From Catajapyx aquilonaris (lineage: Eukaryota), in contig JYFJ02001535.1 in NCBI GenBank assembly GCA_000934665.2, positions 56,678 to 76,677 of the forward strand: 20,000 bases of DNA. The letters are read 5' to 3'. The position numbers were made by a program, and so were the translations under genes. The notes under the pieces are model-generated. The model worked only from the letters and a program-made list of their open reading frames with translations, made no database searches and was not told the DNA's origin. Below, piece after piece: positions 19,149 through 20,000 of the stretch. Position 1 is the first letter of the stretch. Each line of letters opens with the position of its first letter.

Positions 19149-19621
19149 TTTCCAAATAGATCTAGGCGAAAAAGAAAAGAAAAAAAAGTTACTAAGATAC
19201 AAATCTTCTTATAATATTAAATTCTTAAAAGCCTTGCGGGAGTTGGCCGAGCCCTCTGATTGGTCCGCCACATATTGTTACCACCACCTCCCCATTGGCC
19301 CGCGTTCTAATCATGCGCAATGGGGTGTAAACAACTCCTTTGTTGGGTTGCCAGGGAAACTGTCCATTCCCTCTCTGTATTGTTGCCCAGTTGGCACTAC
19401 TGTGAAGTTGTTTACAGAGTCAGTTCCCTTTTAGTACGTCTCGTACTATGACACGCAAAAAGATTGTCATGACTGTTTATTTGTTTGTGTGTTCATGCAT
19501 TGGTAATCCTGGCCGCTGCCAGCGGTTGTTTATTTGGCAACATTCCGGGATCCACAAGACTGATCACCAGTCACGGTCGCGGTCCCTTGGCTGCCTTGTC
19601 ATAGTTGTCGTACTTTGACTA

Positions 19622-19851
19622 CAGGGTGATCAAACTTTTTTGTCGTTTTAGTTATTGACAAATACGGCCTTAGCTGCTTATATTGTAGCCGTGCCGTTCT
19701 TCATTTGTTTCGTGTTGTTTAATCCCTAATATCAACGGTTGATATTTCCGATTTCTGATTTCAACAACTGGTTGCTAGCCACGGCTACAATATAAGCAGC
19801 TAAGGCCGAATTTGTCAATAACTAAAACGACAAAAAAGTTTGATCACCCTG
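19622..19851. mobile_element. Young Tc1/mariner-type MITE
   Basis: 72-bp TIRs (19622-19693 / 19780-19851) with one mismatch, beginning CAGGGTG; TA on both flanks. Confidence 0.95.
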
Positions 19852-19905
19852 TATATGTTACACATCGCAGCAGACTAGTTTACCTAATTACTTCCCTGAT
19901 ATATA

Positions 19906-20000
19906 CAGGGTGATCCAACTCTATGGCACCAACAGTTATTGGAAAATCAGCAAGCTGCTTGTTTATAAGCAGGTCATTGCTAAGAGATCAATAAGAGATA
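19906..20000. mobile_element. Left end of a second mariner-type element, cut by the window edge
   Basis: TA followed by CAGGGTGATCCAACT, similar to the terminus at 19622; no partner TIR in the window. Confidence 0.55.

Noticed and set aside
19433..19614. Weak inverted pair AGTACG..ACTATGACA / TGTCATAGT..CGTACT
   Set aside because: Short and interrupted with no TSD; may be a decayed MITE but cannot be supported.

Overview
Animal genomic DNA, most likely arthropod/insect, with spliceosomal introns; not prokaryotic. 300-8269 (+): the last 12 coding exons of a SCAF4/SCAF8-family gene (polyQ, RS domain, RRM, Pro/Gly/Arg-rich tail; the CID domain would lie upstream of the window). All 11 GT-AG junctions are phase-consistent and give 1308 aa plus stop. 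11241-11925 (+): a two-exon, intron-containing pseudogene fragment of RMND1 (DUF155 family) with stops, frameshifts and a dead splice acceptor; a tRNA-derived SINE has inserted at its stop codon with an 18-bp TSD. 16453-17832 (-): complete 4-exon coding sequence of PSMG1/PAC1 (254 aa). 18582-18636 (+): probable first coding exon of ribonucleotide reductase large subunit (RRM1/RnrL), head-to-head with PSMG1 across a CpG-rich region with CCAAT, E2F, YY1 and NRF1-like motifs. The remainder holds two tRNA-SINE families, Tc1/mariner, hAT and CACTG-ended MITEs, foldback palindromes and a ~100-bp tandem duplication. I found no convincing new biological system. The most interesting items are the RMND1 pseudogene, the PSMG1/RRM1 bidirectional arrangement, and a candidate cassette exon, hairpin and poly(A) signal in one SCAF intron. 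Family assignments rest on remembered protein motifs, not database searches.
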